Below are positions 9,912 through 21,678 of a stretch of DNA of 64,000 bases, in pieces (the stretch's first letter is position 1; every line of letters starts with the position of its first letter). The translations under genes were made by a program, and so were the position numbers. The DNA is from an uncultured Verrucomicrobiae bacterium (lineage in GTDB: Bacteria; Verrucomicrobiota; Verrucomicrobiia; Chthoniobacterales; Chthoniobacteraceae), in the NCBI GenBank assembly GCA_963769025.1, contig CAVYKI010000009.1, positions 672,001-736,000 on the forward strand, in the 5' to 3' direction. The notes under the pieces are model-generated. The model was given only the letters and a program-made list of their open reading frames with translations. It was not told the DNA's origin and searched no databases.

Positions 9912-11522
9912 CTACCCGGCCGTGATCGCCGCGCGCTCGTCGTCGAGAGCGCCGGTCTTTTCCAGGAAGTAATCGTAGCCGCCGGGGTAGCTGGTGACTT
10001 TGCCGTTGTGCACGTGGAGGACTTTCGTCGCGAGCTTGCGGATGAAATGCACGTCGTGCGAAATGAAGACGAGCGTGCCAGCGTAGTTCTCCAGCGCGAG
10101 GATGAGCGACTCGACGGTGTGGATGTCGAGGTGCGTCGTGGGCTCGTCCATGAGGAGGAGATTCGGCGGGTCCACGAGGAACTTGATGAGATTCAGCCGC
10201 GTCTTTTCGCCGCCGCTGAGGATCTCGGTTTTCTTGTAGATTTCGTCCTTCCGGAAAAGGAAGGAGCCGAGGATGCCGCGGGCCTCGTTTTCGCCGAGGT
10301 CCTTGCCGCTCTCCATGACTTCCTGCAGGACGGTCTTCGCGGGATCGAGCGTCGCGGAGCGATGCTGGCTGAAGTAGCCGATCTTGGCATTGAGCCCCGG
10401 CGTGCGCGTGCCTCTTTGGAATTCAAGCACGCCTCCGAGGATTTTCAGCAGCGTCGATTTTCCCGAGCCATTCGGCCCGACAAGGACGGTGCGCTCATCG
10501 CGCTCGATGGTGATGTCGAGACCCTCGTAAACCTTCGTGGCACCGTAGGCCATGTGGATGCCCTCGAGTGACATCGCGCGCTGGCCGATACGCACGGGCT
10601 GCGGGATCTGGAAGCGGAAGGGCTTCTTCGGAGGCACGGGCTTTTCGATCAGCTCCATGCGCTCGATTTGCTTGAGCTTGCTCATGGCCTGCGAGGCCTT
10701 CGAGGTCACGGAGCGGAAACGGTCCACGAATTCCTGGAGCGAGGCGATTTCCTTCTGCTGGTTCTTGTAGGCGGCGTTCTGCTGTTCGTAGTTCGCCTCC
10801 TTCTGCTCGACGTAGGCGGCGTAGTTGCCGGTGTAGGAAATGAGCTTCTTCTCCGAGATTTCGTACACGCGCTCGACGATCTCATCCATGAACTCGCGAT
10901 CATGCGAAATGAGGAGCACCGCGCCGGAATAGCTCTTGAGATACTTTTGCAGCCAGAGCAGCGAGAGCAGGTCGAGGTGGTTCGTCGGCTCGTCGAGCAA
11001 AAGCAAATCCGGCTCCATCACGAGCAGCCGCGCAAGGTGCGCGCGCATGACCCAGCCGCCGCTCATTTCGCGCGCCGGGCGCGAAAAGTCCGTCTCCCGG
11101 TAGCCGAGACCGTGGAGCATCTTCTTTGCCTTGGCCTCGACGTGGGGGCTGCAGAGCGCCTCGTGCTTCGCGTGGGCTTCGAGGTATGCCGAACTCTCGA
11201 CGTCGCCGGCCTTTTCCAGCGCGTGCAGCTTTTCCTCCAGCGTCGCGATGTCGCCTGCGCGGCCGGTCGCGATGTCGAGCACGGTCTCGGTGCCGATGCA
11301 TTCGGCCTCCTGCGGCAGGTAGCCGACCATCGTCCACGCATCGCGCTCCACGGTGCCGGCATCGGGATCCTCCGTGTGCAGAATGATGGAGAACAGCGTG
11401 GACTTGCCCGCGCCATTCGGGCCTACGAGTGCCACGCGCTCGCCATAGTTCACCTGCAAGGCGGCGTTTTCAAACAGCGTGCGCCCGCCGTGGCTTTTTC
11501 GGAGATCGCGAATGGAGAGCAT
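9912..11522 (-). CDS. ABC-F family ATP-binding protein
   Basis: Two ABC domains (GPNGAGKST/MSGGW/LLLLDEPTNHLD and GPNGSGKST/LSGGE/LLLMDEPTTHLD), linker region, no TM segments. Confidence 0.95.
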   Translation of the reverse strand: MLSIRDLRKSHGGRTLFENAALQVNYGERVALVGPNGAGKSTLFSIILHTEDPDAGTVERDAWTMVGYLPQEAECIGTETVLDIATGRAGDIATLEEKLHALEKAGDVESSAYLEAHAKHEALCSPHVEAKAKKMLHGLGYRETDFSRPAREMSGGWVMRAHLARLLVMEPDLLLLDEPTNHLDLLSLLWLQKYLKSYSGAVLLISHDREFMDEIVERVYEISEKKLISYTGNYAAYVEQKEANYEQQNAAYKNQQKEIASLQEFVDRFRSVTSKASQAMSKLKQIERMELIEKPVPPKKPFRFQIPQPVRIGQRAMSLEGIHMAYGATKVYEGLDITIERDERTVLVGPNGSGKSTLLKILGGVLEFQRGTRTPGLNAKIGYFSQHRSATLDPAKTVLQEVMESGKDLGENEARGILGSFLFRKDEIYKKTEILSGGEKTRLNLIKFLVDPPNLLLMDEPTTHLDIHTVESLILALENYAGTLVFISHDVHFIRKLATKVLHVHNGKVTSYPGGYDYFLEKTGALDDERAAITAG

Positions 11523-11711
11523 GGAAGAGATGGGTAAAGGTGTGCCGAATTTCGGGGCCGGGAAGGGACATCAGTTCAGCCCGCCACGCAAGACGCCATT
11601 CCGACGAACCATCGGGCCAGCGTTTCAGTCTGCGCCACATTTCAGGACAGTGATCGGCAGCAGTCCCGAGGCCGACGGAAACGGCGGGCGCTGCGTCCCG
11701 ATCCTCCCACT

Positions 11712-13103
11712 TCACCAGCCGCCGCCCAGCGCCGTGATCAGCGCCACGGTCGCGTTCAGGCGGCGCAGGCGGAGATTGATCGCGTTGCTTTCCGCACCCA
11801 GCGCCGCGGCCTGAGCGGTGGTGACATTGATGTAGCTCACCGTCCCGGCCTTGTACTGGTTCATCGCGATGCGTTCGCTTTCCCGCGCGGCATGCACCGC
11901 TTCGTCCTGCGCCGCCGCTTCCCGTGCGAGGATGCGCAGCGTGGCGAGCGCGTCCTCCGTGCTCTGCAAGGCGCTCAACACGGTCTGCCGGTAATCGGCG
12001 ACCGCCTGCTTCCACACGGCGTCGGCCTGCGCCTTGGCGGCGATGCGCTGGCCACTGTCGAGGAGCTGGAGGGCGGCATCCGCGCCGAGTGACCAGAAGT
12101 TGTTCGATTTGGTGAAAAGCTCGGCAAGGCCCAGCCAGCCATTGCTCGCGCTGAGCGTGATGGTCGGAAAGAAAGCGGCGCGGGCCGCACCGATGCGTTC
12201 GTTTGCGGCGGCGACCTTGCGCTCTGCGGCGGCAATGTCCGGCCGGCGTTCCAACACGGCCGATGGCGTGGAGGATGGCCATGCCGGGATCGTCGTGGGG
12301 AGCTTGCCCTTTTTCACATCGAATGCCGCCGGCGCGCGTCCGGTCAGCGTTGCGAGCGCGTGTTCGAGCGTCGCGCGCTGCACTTCCAGATCGATCATCG
12401 CGACGCGGCTGGTGGCGAGTTGGGTCCGGGCAAGGGCGACGTCTGCGGCGGATGCCACGCCCTGCTCCTCCCGATTTTTTGTAAGGTCGAGCGCCTTCTC
12501 GTAACTGGCGACTTCGCCGGCGAGCAGGCTCCTCTGCGCGTCGGCGGCGTGCAGGGAAAAGTACGCCTGTGCGGCCTGCAACTGGAGGCTGAGCCGCAAG
12601 GATTCCACATTCGCCAGCGCCGCCTGAAGATCGCCGGTAGCCGCGCCCGCGCCGTGACGCAGACGCCCCCACAGATCCATCTCCCAGCTCGCGGTGCCGG
12701 ATACGGAATAGAGCGTTTGCGCGGTGACGCCACCGGTGGTCGATGTGCTGCGCGCGCTGTTTTTGCTGCGCGTGCTCCCAGCATCCACACTCACTTTCGG
12801 GAGGAACGCGAGCTTCGCACCTTTCAACAGCGCCGCCGATTGCTCGGCGACAGCGGCGGACGACTGGAGCGACTGATTGGAGACGTTCACTGCCCTGAGA
12901 ATCGCGCTCAACTCCGCGTCGTGGAAAATGCCCCACCATTCGCCCCGCGGCAGGTGCGCTGCGGGCTGGGCGACCTTCCACCCTTTCCCCTCCTTGAAGT
13001 GCGCGGGGATTTCCATTTCCGGCGACTGCTTTTTGGGCGTGAAGGCGCAGCCACCGCTTGCGGCGATGATGCCGGATAAAACAAGGCGCGGAATCGTCTT
13101 CAT
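11712..13103 (-). CDS. RND efflux outer membrane lipoprotein (NodT/OprM family)
   Basis: Lipobox-like ASGGC; WWGIFHDAEL; SWEMDLWGRLR; LERRPDIAAAER; LITALGGGW. Confidence 0.93.
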   Translation of the reverse strand: MKTIPRLVLSGIIAASGGCAFTPKKQSPEMEIPAHFKEGKGWKVAQPAAHLPRGEWWGIFHDAELSAILRAVNVSNQSLQSSAAVAEQSAALLKGAKLAFLPKVSVDAGSTRSKNSARSTSTTGGVTAQTLYSVSGTASWEMDLWGRLRHGAGAATGDLQAALANVESLRLSLQLQAAQAYFSLHAADAQRSLLAGEVASYEKALDLTKNREEQGVASAADVALARTQLATSRVAMIDLEVQRATLEHALATLTGRAPAAFDVKKGKLPTTIPAWPSSTPSAVLERRPDIAAAERKVAAANERIGAARAAFFPTITLSASNGWLGLAELFTKSNNFWSLGADAALQLLDSGQRIAAKAQADAVWKQAVADYRQTVLSALQSTEDALATLRILAREAAAQDEAVHAARESERIAMNQYKAGTVSYINVTTAQAAALGAESNAINLRLRRLNATVALITALGGGW

Positions 13104-16100
13104 AAGGATTGCGGCAGGCTGCTGTCCGGAACTGCCGGATCAGCGTCGGGCTTGCTTCGTTTCGATCTTGTGAAGCGCAGGCGGAGCCGGTCGAGCAAAA
13201 GGTAAATCACCGGCGTCGTGTAGAGCGTGAGCACCTGACTCACGAGGAGGCCGCCGACGACTGCCACGCCGAGCGGGCGGCGCAGCTCCGAACCGGTCCC
13301 CGTGCCGAGCGCGAGCGGCAGCGCGCCGAGCAGCGCGGCCGAAGTGGTCATCAGGATGGGGCGCAGCCGCAGCTTGCAGGCCTCGAAGATCGCGTCGCGC
13401 GAGCTGATGCCGTGCTCGCGCTCGGCCTGCAGCGCGAAATCGATCATCATGATGGCGTTCTTTTTCACGATGCCGATGAGCAGGAAGATGCCGATGAGCG
13501 CCATGATGCTGAACTCCATCCCGCACACGGCCAGAGCGAGCAACGCGCCGAGACCGGCGGAGGGCAGCGTGGAGAGGATCGTGAGCGGATGCATGAAGCT
13601 CTCGTAGAGGATCCCGAGCACGAGATAGATGACGAGAAGGGCGAGCAGGATCAGCCACGGCTGGCTGTCGAGCGACGACTGAAAGGCGCCCGCGCTGCCT
13701 GCGAACTGGCGCTGCACCGACTCGGGCAGGCCGAGGCGCCCGATCGCATTCGTAATCGCCGCCGTCGCGTCGCTGAACGCCACACCGGGGGCGAGGTTGA
13801 AGGAGAAAGTCATCGCCGCAAACTGGCCCTGGTGATTCACCGCGAGCGGCGCGGGCGCGGGTTCCCATCGCGCGAGCTCGGCGAGCTGCACGGATCCTCC
13901 CGCGATGCTCGGCACGCGGACGTGCGCAAAGTCGTCCGTGTCCTTCGTCCGCGAGGCTTCCAGCACGACACGGTATTGGTTCAAGGGCGCGTAAATCGTC
14001 GAGACAAGCCGCTGCCCGAAGGCGCTGTTGAGCGTCGCATCGATGGCCGCCATCGTCACTCCGAGTCGTGCGGCCCCGTCCCGGTCGATGACGAGCCGTG
14101 TCAGTTCGCCCTTGTTTTGGAAGTCGCTGTTCACATCCGTGAGTTGCCTGAGCCCGAGCAGCGTCTGGCGCACGCGCGGCTCCCATTCGTGCAGGAGGCT
14201 CAGGTCGCTGGCCTGAAGCGTGTACTGGTAAAGTGCCTGGCTTGATCGCGCTCCGATCCTCAGATCCTGTCCCGGCTGGAGGAAAAGCGTCGCACCGGGA
14301 ATGTGGCTGAGTTTCGCGCGGAAACGCGCGAGCACCTTGTCCACGGAATCCCGCTCGGACGAGGGCTTGAGCGTCACGAAGACGCTTCCGTTGTTCTTGG
14401 CTCCTCCCGAAAAGCCGCCGCCGCCCGTGCCTGCGTTCACCGTCACAACGGCGGGATCATTCAGCACCACGGCCGCGATCGCCGCGACCTTGTCGCGCAT
14501 CGCCTCAAAGGAGATCGTCTGATCTCCCGTGATGCCGCCCGCCAGCATTCCCGTGTCCTGCTGCGGGAAGAAGCCTTTCGGCATCTTGACGTAAAGCCAT
14601 CCGGTCAGCCCGCTCACGACGAGGAAGACCACGAGCATGATCCAGCGGTGATTCAGGACGACCGCCAGCGTGTCGGCATAAAACGACTGCACCCAGCGAA
14701 AGGGTTTCCCGGCCCAACGTGCGAAGGCGCCTGGCTGCCGCTGGGCTTTCTTTGCGCCGAGAAGGTGCGCGCACATCATCGGCGTGGTGGTCAATGAGAT
14801 CACCAGCGACACGGCGATGGCCGTGGTGAGCACCACCGCAAATTCGCGGAACAACCGCCCGAGCAATCCGCCCATGAACAGGATCGGAATGAACACCGCG
14901 ACCAGCGAGAGGCTCATCGAGACCACGGTGAACGTCACTTCGCGTGCGCCGCGCCGCGCCGCCTCCTTCACGCTCATTCCATTTTCGATGTGCCGGGTGA
15001 TGTTCTCGACCACCACCACGGCGTCATCCACGACGAAGCCCGTCGAAATCGTGAGCGCCATGAGCGAGAGGTTGTCCAGACTGTAGCCGAAGAGGTACAT
15101 CACGCCGAAGGTGCCGATGAGCGACACAGGCACTGCAACACCGGGAATGAACGTCGTGCGGTAGCGCCGCAAAAACAGAAACACCACCAGCACGACCAGC
15201 AGCACCGACAGCAGCAGCGTGCGCTGCACCTCCTCGACGGATGCGCGAATGGTCACGGTGCGGTCCATTGTGATTTCGACATTCATCGCAGCCGGCGCCA
15301 TCGCGCGGAGGTGCGGCATCATCGCCTTGATGCGATCCACCACCTCGATGATGTTCGCCCCCGGCTGCCGGAAGACCACCATCGTGACGGACGGTTTGCC
15401 GTTCGTCGTCCCGTAGTTGAATGCATCCTGCACGCCATCGGTCACGGTGCCGAGATCTCCCAGCCGCAGAGCCGCTCCATTCGTGTAACGCACGATGACC
15501 GGTTTGTAGTCATCCGCCTTGGAAAGCTGATCGGTCGCCACCACCTGCCAGCGGCGGTCCGCGTCCTCGACCACGCCTTTCGGGCGGTTCACATTGGCCG
15601 TGGAGATCGCCGTGCGGACGTCCTCCAGCGTCAATCCCGCGCGCGTCAGCGACGGCAGATCCATCGAGACCCGCACCGCCGGCAGCGAACTCCCGCTGAC
15701 GCTCACATTGCCCACGCCATCCACTTGCGAGAGCTTCTGCGCGATGAGCGTCGAGGCCACGTCGTACATGTCGCCCGGCGTGGCCACGTCCGAGGTGATC
15801 GCCATGATCAGGATCGGCGAATCGGCAGGATTGGACTTGCGCCAGGTGGGGTTGGTCGGAAGGCCGGAGGGCAGCAGGCCACGCGCGGCATTGATGGCGG
15901 CCTGCACGTCGCGCGCCGCGCTGTCGCCATCGCGGCTCAGGTCAAATTGCATCGTCACCCGCGAATTGCCGACCGTCGAAGAGGAGGTCATCTCCGTAAT
16001 CCCCGCGATGCGCCCCAGCGAACGCTCCAGCGGCGTCGCAACGGTTGCCGCCATCGTCTCGGGGCTCGCGCCGGGCAGCGACGCGGAGACGGAGATGGTG

Positions 16101-16228
16101 GGGAAATCCACGCGCGGCAGCGCTGCGACGGGCAGGAAAAAATACGCCAGGCCGCCGGCGAGAGCGATCGCCAGGGTCGCAAGCGTCGTCGCCACGGGAC
16201 GCGCAATGGCGATGTCGGTGATTCTCAT
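13100..16228 (-). CDS. mdtC: RND efflux permease, MdtC-like
   Basis: [65 protein letters not shown]. Confidence 0.88.
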   Translation of the reverse strand: MRITDIAIARPVATTLATLAIALAGGLAYFFLPVAALPRVDFPTISVSASLPGASPETMAATVATPLERSLGRIAGITEMTSSSTVGNSRVTMQFDLSRDGDSAARDVQAAINAARGLLPSGLPTNPTWRKSNPADSPILIMAITSDVATPGDMYDVASTLIAQKLSQVDGVGNVSVSGSSLPAVRVSMDLPSLTRAGLTLEDVRTAISTANVNRPKGVVEDADRRWQVVATDQLSKADDYKPVIVRYTNGAALRLGDLGTVTDGVQDAFNYGTTNGKPSVTMVVFRQPGANIIEVVDRIKAMMPHLRAMAPAAMNVEITMDRTVTIRASVEEVQRTLLLSVLLVVLVVFLFLRRYRTTFIPGVAVPVSLIGTFGVMYLFGYSLDNLSLMALTISTGFVVDDAVVVVENITRHIENGMSVKEAARRGAREVTFTVVSMSLSLVAVFIPILFMGGLLGRLFREFAVVLTTAIAVSLVISLTTTPMMCAHLLGAKKAQRQPGAFARWAGKPFRWVQSFYADTLAVVLNHRWIMLVVFLVVSGLTGWLYVKMPKGFFPQQDTGMLAGGITGDQTISFEAMRDKVAAIAAVVLNDPAVVTVNAGTGGGGFSGGAKNNGSVFVTLKPSSERDSVDKVLARFRAKLSHIPGATLFLQPGQDLRIGARSSQALYQYTLQASDLSLLHEWEPRVRQTLLGLRQLTDVNSDFQNKGELTRLVIDRDGAARLGVTMAAIDATLNSAFGQRLVSTIYAPLNQYRVVLEASRTKDTDDFAHVRVPSIAGGSVQLAELARWEPAPAPLAVNHQGQFAAMTFSFNLAPGVAFSDATAAITNAIGRLGLPESVQRQFAGSAGAFQSSLDSQPWLILLALLVIYLVLGILYESFMHPLTILSTLPSAGLGALLALAVCGMEFSIMALIGIFLLIGIVKKNAIMMIDFALQAEREHGISSRDAIFEACKLRLRPILMTTSAALLGALPLALGTGTGSELRRPLGVAVVGGLLVSQVLTLYTTPVIYLLLDRLRLRFTRSKRSKPDADPAVPDSSLPQSL

Positions 16229-19200
16229 GCGGCGGCAGTCTCGGCGGCCGGCGAGGCCGCATCGTGCTCCCGCTTCTTCGGGAGGAGCCCGTCAAACATC
16301 AGGTAAATCACCGGAGTGGTGAAGAGCGTGAGCAACTGGCTCAGGAGGAGCCCGCCGACCATCGTGAGGCCGAGCGGATGGCGCAATTCGGAGCCTTCGC
16401 CGGTGCCGAGCATCAGGGGAAGCGCGCCGAGCAGGGCGGCGAGCGTGGTCATCAGGATCGGCCGGAAGCGCAGGAGGCAGGCCTCGAAGATCGCGTCGCG
16501 CGGAGTCGCGCCGTGTTCGCGTTCCGCCTCCAGCGCGAAGTCGATCATCATGATGGCGTTCTTCTTCACGATGCCGATCAGCAGCACGATGCCGATGATC
16601 GCCATCACGCCGAGCTCCGTGTGCGTGAACTTCAGTGCCAGCAACGCGCCGACCGCCGCGCTCGGCAGCGTGGACAAAATGGTGACCGGGTGGATGAAGC
16701 TCTCGTACAGCACGCCGAGGACGAGGTACATGACGACGACCGCCGCGAGGATGAGCAGCAGTTGGTTGCGCAGCGCGCTTTGGAACGCGAGCGCCGTGCC
16801 TTCATACCCGCTCTCGATGCTCTCCGGCATGGCGATTTCATGTTGGATGCGGCGGATTTCCTCCACGGCATCGCCGAGGGCCACGCTCGGCGCGAGATTG
16901 AATGAAACCGTCACCGCGGGAAACTGGTTCTGGTGCGCGATGGCGAGTGAGGCGGGCTCCTCGACGATCTGCGCCAGCGTGCTGAGAAGCACCTGCTGGC
17001 CGCCGGTTCCGGGGACCCGGACGTGGTCAAACGCGGAGAGACCGTCGCGAAACTCGGGTGCGTGTTCCAGCACCACCCGATACTGGCCGCTCTGCGTGAA
17101 AATGGTGGAGATGAGCCGCTGCCCAAACGCGTTGTAGAGCGCCGCGTCGATCGCGGCCACGGTGACACCGAGGCGGCCGGCGGTCTCGCGGTCAATGACG
17201 ACGCGGGCTTGCAGGCCTTTGTCGAGCAAGTCATCCGCGACATCGGCGAGCAGCGGAGAATGGCGCAAACGATCCACCAGCTTCGGTGTCCACGTTTCCA
17301 ACGCCTTCATGTCAGGCGATTGCAGCGTGAGCTGGTACTGCGTTCGGCTGACCCGGTCCTCGATGTTGAGATCCTGCACGGGCTGGAGGTAAAGCTGCGC
17401 GCCGGGCAGGTTCTTCGCGCGGTCCTGGAGCCGGCGAACGACTTGCGCAGCGGTGGCGTTGCGGTCGTGGCGCGGCTTGAGATTGATCAGCATGCGGCCG
17501 CTGTTGGGCGTCGTGTTCACCCCATCCACGCCGATGAAGGACGACACGCTCTCCACCGCGGGATCGGCGAGCGCGAGCTTCGCGAGGGTCTGCTGACTCT
17601 CGGCCATCGCGGCAAATGAAGTGTTCTGCGGCGCCTCGACGATCCCCTGGATGATTCCGGTGTCCTGCGCGGGAAAGAACCCCTTCGCCACGTCCAGATA
17701 GAGGACCACCGTCGCCACGAGCGTGGCAAGGAAGACGAGCATCGTCGCGACGCGATGTTCGAGCACCACCCGAAGCATCCGCCCGTACCACGCGATGATT
17801 GCGTCAAATCCACGCGCGACACGCCTCGCGATCGGGCCCTCCTTGTGGTGGCTCAGCAATCGCGAGCACATCATCGGCGTCAGGGTCAGCGAAATGACGG
17901 CGGAGATGATGATGGCGACGGCAAGCGTGATCGCGAACTCGCGGAACAGCCGTCCGACCACGTCCTGCATGAACAGCAGCGGAATGAGCACCGCGATCAG
18001 CGAGACGGTGAGCGAGATGATGGTGAAGCCGATCTGCCGCGCGCCCTTGAGCGCTGCTTGGAGCGGCGATTCCCCCTTCTCGATGTAGCGGGCGATGTTT
18101 TCGATCATCACGATCGCGTCGTCCACGACGAAGCCCGTGGCGATGGTCAGCGCCATGAGGGTCAGGTTGTTCAGGCTGAAGCCGCAGAACCACATCACCG
18201 CAAACGTCCCGACGAGCGACAGCGGCACGGCGACCGCCGGGATGATCGTGGCGCGGAGGCTGCGCAGGAAGACGAAGATCACCGCGATGACGAGGCCGAT
18301 CGCAATCAGCAGCTCCTTCTGCACGTCCTCCACGGAAGCCCGAATCGTGTTGGTGCGATCCGTCAGCACCTTGATGTCCACCGCGGGCGGCATGGCATCG
18401 CGCAGCTTCGGGAGCAGTTCCTTGATGCGGTCAGCCACCTCGATGACGTTCGCGCCCGGCTGGCGCTGCACGTTCACGATGACTGCGGGCTGCGCGTCCG
18501 CCCATGCCGCTAGGCGCACGTTTTCGGCGTCATCCACCACATCGGCAACGTCGCGAACCCTCACGGCGGATCCGTTGCGCCAGGCGATGACGAGGTTGCT
18601 GTAGTCCTCGATGGAGAGCAGTTGGTCGTTCGCATCCAGCGTGCTGCTGCGCGTGAGGCTGTCGAGGCCGCCCTTGGCCTGGTTCACGTTGCCGCTTGCG
18701 ATGGCCGCGCGCAGATCCTCCGTGCTGAGGCCGCGGGAGGCGAGCGCGACCGGGTTTGCGCGGATGCGGACCGCGGGCCGCATGCCGCCGCTCAGCGAGA
18801 CCAGCCCGACACCAGTGATCTGCGAAAGCTTCGGCGCCAGCCGGGTGTCCGCGGCGTCCTGCACTTTGATCAGAGGCAGGGTCTTCGATGTGAGCGCGAG
18901 CGTGACGATCGGCGCGTCGGCCGGATTGACCTTGTTGTAAATCGGCGGGTTGGGAAGGTCGGCCGGCAGGAGGTTTGCCGCCGCATTCATCGCGGCCTGC
19001 ACGGTCTGCTCCGCGATGTCGAGACGCAGCCCGAGAGTGAAACGGAGGGTGATCACCGAGGAACCGCCGCTGCTGATCGAGTACATCTGCGCCAGGCCCG
19101 GCATCTGTCCGAACTGCCGTTCGAGCGGGGCGGTCACACCGGAAGCCATCACCTCGGGCCCCGCTCCGGGATACAGCGTGGTGACCTGGATCGTCGGGTA

Positions 19201-19323
19201 ATCGACCTGCGGCAGCGCCGACACCGGCAACAGGCGATACGCCACTGCACCCGCGAGCAGGAGTGCGACCATGAGGAGCGTGGTCGCGATGGGGCGCTCG
19301 ATGAAAACGCGGGATGGATTCAT
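16225..19323 (-). CDS. mdtB: RND efflux permease, MdtB-like
   Basis: True start [18 protein letters not shown] at 19323; [36 protein letters not shown]. Confidence 0.9.
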   Translation of the reverse strand: MNPSRVFIERPIATTLLMVALLLAGAVAYRLLPVSALPQVDYPTIQVTTLYPGAGPEVMASGVTAPLERQFGQMPGLAQMYSISSGGSSVITLRFTLGLRLDIAEQTVQAAMNAAANLLPADLPNPPIYNKVNPADAPIVTLALTSKTLPLIKVQDAADTRLAPKLSQITGVGLVSLSGGMRPAVRIRANPVALASRGLSTEDLRAAIASGNVNQAKGGLDSLTRSSTLDANDQLLSIEDYSNLVIAWRNGSAVRVRDVADVVDDAENVRLAAWADAQPAVIVNVQRQPGANVIEVADRIKELLPKLRDAMPPAVDIKVLTDRTNTIRASVEDVQKELLIAIGLVIAVIFVFLRSLRATIIPAVAVPLSLVGTFAVMWFCGFSLNNLTLMALTIATGFVVDDAIVMIENIARYIEKGESPLQAALKGARQIGFTIISLTVSLIAVLIPLLFMQDVVGRLFREFAITLAVAIIISAVISLTLTPMMCSRLLSHHKEGPIARRVARGFDAIIAWYGRMLRVVLEHRVATMLVFLATLVATVVLYLDVAKGFFPAQDTGIIQGIVEAPQNTSFAAMAESQQTLAKLALADPAVESVSSFIGVDGVNTTPNSGRMLINLKPRHDRNATAAQVVRRLQDRAKNLPGAQLYLQPVQDLNIEDRVSRTQYQLTLQSPDMKALETWTPKLVDRLRHSPLLADVADDLLDKGLQARVVIDRETAGRLGVTVAAIDAALYNAFGQRLISTIFTQSGQYRVVLEHAPEFRDGLSAFDHVRVPGTGGQQVLLSTLAQIVEEPASLAIAHQNQFPAVTVSFNLAPSVALGDAVEEIRRIQHEIAMPESIESGYEGTALAFQSALRNQLLLILAAVVVMYLVLGVLYESFIHPVTILSTLPSAAVGALLALKFTHTELGVMAIIGIVLLIGIVKKNAIMMIDFALEAEREHGATPRDAIFEACLLRFRPILMTTLAALLGALPLMLGTGEGSELRHPLGLTMVGGLLLSQLLTLFTTPVIYLMFDGLLPKKREHDAASPAAETAAA

Positions 19324-20576
19324 GGGAGCGGCGGTCCGCCGCCGGGCTTCCCGCCTGGAGCGCGGGTCTGGCCGACGGGCCGGCCACCGCCGTCCGGTTT
19401 CGCAACCGGTCCATCCTCCGGGATCACTTCCACCTTCGAGCCGTCCCGCAGCCGATCGACGCCGCGTGTGATCACTTTGTCCCCGGGCTTCAAGCCGTCG
19501 GTGATCAGCGTGCGATCGCGATGTGTCGCGCCAGTGGCGATGTTGCGCAGCGACACCGTGGAGTCGTCGTTCAGCACATAGGCGTAGGCGCCTTTCGCCC
19601 CGCGTTGCACGGCCGTGGCAGGTGCGACTGTCGCGCCGGCCTGCATGTCCACGAGCAGCCTCGCGATCACGAATTGGTTCGGGAACAGCGCGCCGTCGCG
19701 GTTCGGCAGTTCCGCCTTCAGCTTCAGCGTGCCCGAACTGAGGTCGATCTGGTTGTCCGTCGTGACGAGTTTGCCGACGCCGAGCGTGGCCTTCATCTCC
19801 TTGTCCATCACTTCCACCGGCACTGCGGTGCTTCCGGCGAGACGTTTTCGCACCGCGGCCACGCGTTCCTGCGGGATCGAGAAAACGAGGCCGATCGGAT
19901 CCATCTGCGTCACGATCACGAGTCCGTTGGCATCCGTTGCGCGGATCATGTTTCCGGCATCGATCTGCCGGAGTCCCGCGCGTCCGGTGATGGGCGTCGT
20001 AATCTTCGCGTAGCTGAGTTGCAGCTCCGCACTCGCGATGGCCGCACGGTCCGCCGCGATGGTCGCCTCGTATTGGCGGACCAGCGACGCCTGCGTGTCC
20101 ACCTGCTGCTTCGCGATGGAATTCTCCTTCAGCAAGGCCTGGTAGCGCGCGAGATCGGCGCGTGCGTTTTCGTGCAAGGCCTCGTCGCGGATGAGCGCCG
20201 CCTTTGCCTGATCCAGGATGACCTGAAGCGGACGCGGATCGATTTCCGCGATCAGATCGCCCTCCTTCACCATCTGGCCTTCGGCGAAATGGACCTTGTC
20301 GAGTTCGCCATCCACGCGGCTGCGCAACGTCACGACATTCAGCGGCGTCACCGTGCCTGCGAGGCTCACCCATTCCTCGAAGTCCTCCTGCTTCACCGTC
20401 TCGACCGTGACCGGCACCGGCCCGCCCATCATGCCGCCCCTCCTGCCCATGCCGGGCGATCCTGCCGCGCCCGATCCGGCTGCATCGCGCTGCGCCCACC
20501 ACCACCAGGCACCGCCGGCGAGCAATGCCAGGATTACGAGAAAACACCCGGTGCGGCGTTTGGTGGAATTTGTCAT
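19320..20576 (-). CDS. mdtA: RND periplasmic adaptor, MdtA-like
   Basis: N-terminal TM anchor; [44 protein letters not shown]...[14 protein letters not shown]. Confidence 0.88.
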   Translation of the reverse strand: MTNSTKRRTGCFLVILALLAGGAWWWWAQRDAAGSGAAGSPGMGRRGGMMGGPVPVTVETVKQEDFEEWVSLAGTVTPLNVVTLRSRVDGELDKVHFAEGQMVKEGDLIAEIDPRPLQVILDQAKAALIRDEALHENARADLARYQALLKENSIAKQQVDTQASLVRQYEATIAADRAAIASAELQLSYAKITTPITGRAGLRQIDAGNMIRATDANGLVIVTQMDPIGLVFSIPQERVAAVRKRLAGSTAVPVEVMDKEMKATLGVGKLVTTDNQIDLSSGTLKLKAELPNRDGALFPNQFVIARLLVDMQAGATVAPATAVQRGAKGAYAYVLNDDSTVSLRNIATGATHRDRTLITDGLKPGDKVITRGVDRLRDGSKVEVIPEDGPVAKPDGGGRPVGQTRAPGGKPGGGPPLP

Positions 20577-20857
20577 CGGCAGGAGGATTACAGCCCGTTC
20601 GCAATGGTGAAAAGGACGGATGCACCGAGCTGGCAGACTGCGAACGGCGCGAGTTCTTCGGAGGGAAATGGAAGCCCATCGGCTGCTCCCGGCACGCATG
20701 GCGTTCCGCCGTCGCAACCCCGCGCCGGTTCGTCGGCTTCAGTTTTTGCCTCGTCCTTCGGATGGGGAAACGCCACGGTTCCCGACACACGTCCCGCAGA
20801 CGGCTCCATCGCGTGAGCCGCAGCGGAACCGACACTTTGCAAACCAACCAACCGATC

Positions 20858-21508
20858 ATGAAAGCAACCAGCTGCATCCTCACCACCGTCGCCCGCTGCT
20901 CCGTGCAGTGCGCGCTCGCCGCCACCGCCATGCTGTTCAGCGCATGTTCCGCGTTCATCGTGCATCCGAAACCCGCCGCCGGTGCCACCCAGCGCAACGG
21001 TGATGTGAAGTTCACCAGCGGTGGCACGACAACCGTCGGCCAGATCACCATCCGCCACGACGCCGAAAATTTTCTCGCTGAGATCACCAAGGGCCCGAAC
21101 GAGCCGCTGCTCACCATCTCCGCCAAATTCGGCTCGGACCCGAGATCGCCGGAACTTGCGGAAAAGCACATGCTCATCGCCCGCGCCACCGGCCCGCTCT
21201 CGAACGGCGGCTGGACGTGGAAGCCGAAGGAGCTGACCAAGAAGAGCTTTTCCCCGGACAAGCTGAAGGAGCCGTCCCGCGCCTGGGGCGCACTGCCCGA
21301 GGTCTTCATGTGGGGCGAGGCGCAGGCCAAGGGCGAGAGCTTCCGCGTCTGCCTGCCCGACATCGTCATGCACGCGCGCACGGGCAACGGCACGGTGCGA
21401 CGCTTCGACTATATCCGCCACGAGAATCCCACCGGCGAGGCATTGCCGATGAAGGATCTTCGCAAGCAAGCGGCGCTGGAGACGGTCATCTGCCACCTCG
21501 ACAAATAG
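20858..21508 (+). CDS. Hypothetical lipoprotein
   Basis: Hydrophobic leader ending in LFSAC lipobox; GC3-rich codon pattern; divergent from mdtA. Confidence 0.6.
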   Translation: MKATSCILTTVARCSVQCALAATAMLFSACSAFIVHPKPAAGATQRNGDVKFTSGGTTTVGQITIRHDAENFLAEITKGPNEPLLTISAKFGSDPRSPELAEKHMLIARATGPLSNGGWTWKPKELTKKSFSPDKLKEPSRAWGALPEVFMWGEAQAKGESFRVCLPDIVMHARTGNGTVRRFDYIRHENPTGEALPMKDLRKQAALETVICHLDK

Positions 21509-21678
21509 GGCTCTGCGCCTCGGCCCGCACGAGGGCATTGCACCTTCCAAGGAACCGATGTGTGAGCCGCGCCGCCGGCTCAGGCGTCGGGTACATCGAC
21601 GGCGGCGCACCGTACCGGAGCAATGTGCTGCCTCCCGTTGCGAAAATCCGGGAAGCAGTTAGCGTCCCGCCCTTTTTC

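Noticed and set aside
16225..21393. 1722-aa ORF suggesting a giant RND fusion protein
   Set aside because: Similarity to MdtB begins only at 19323. The upstream part is an out-of-frame overlap with mdtA and antisense to the lipoprotein gene, a high-GC artefact.
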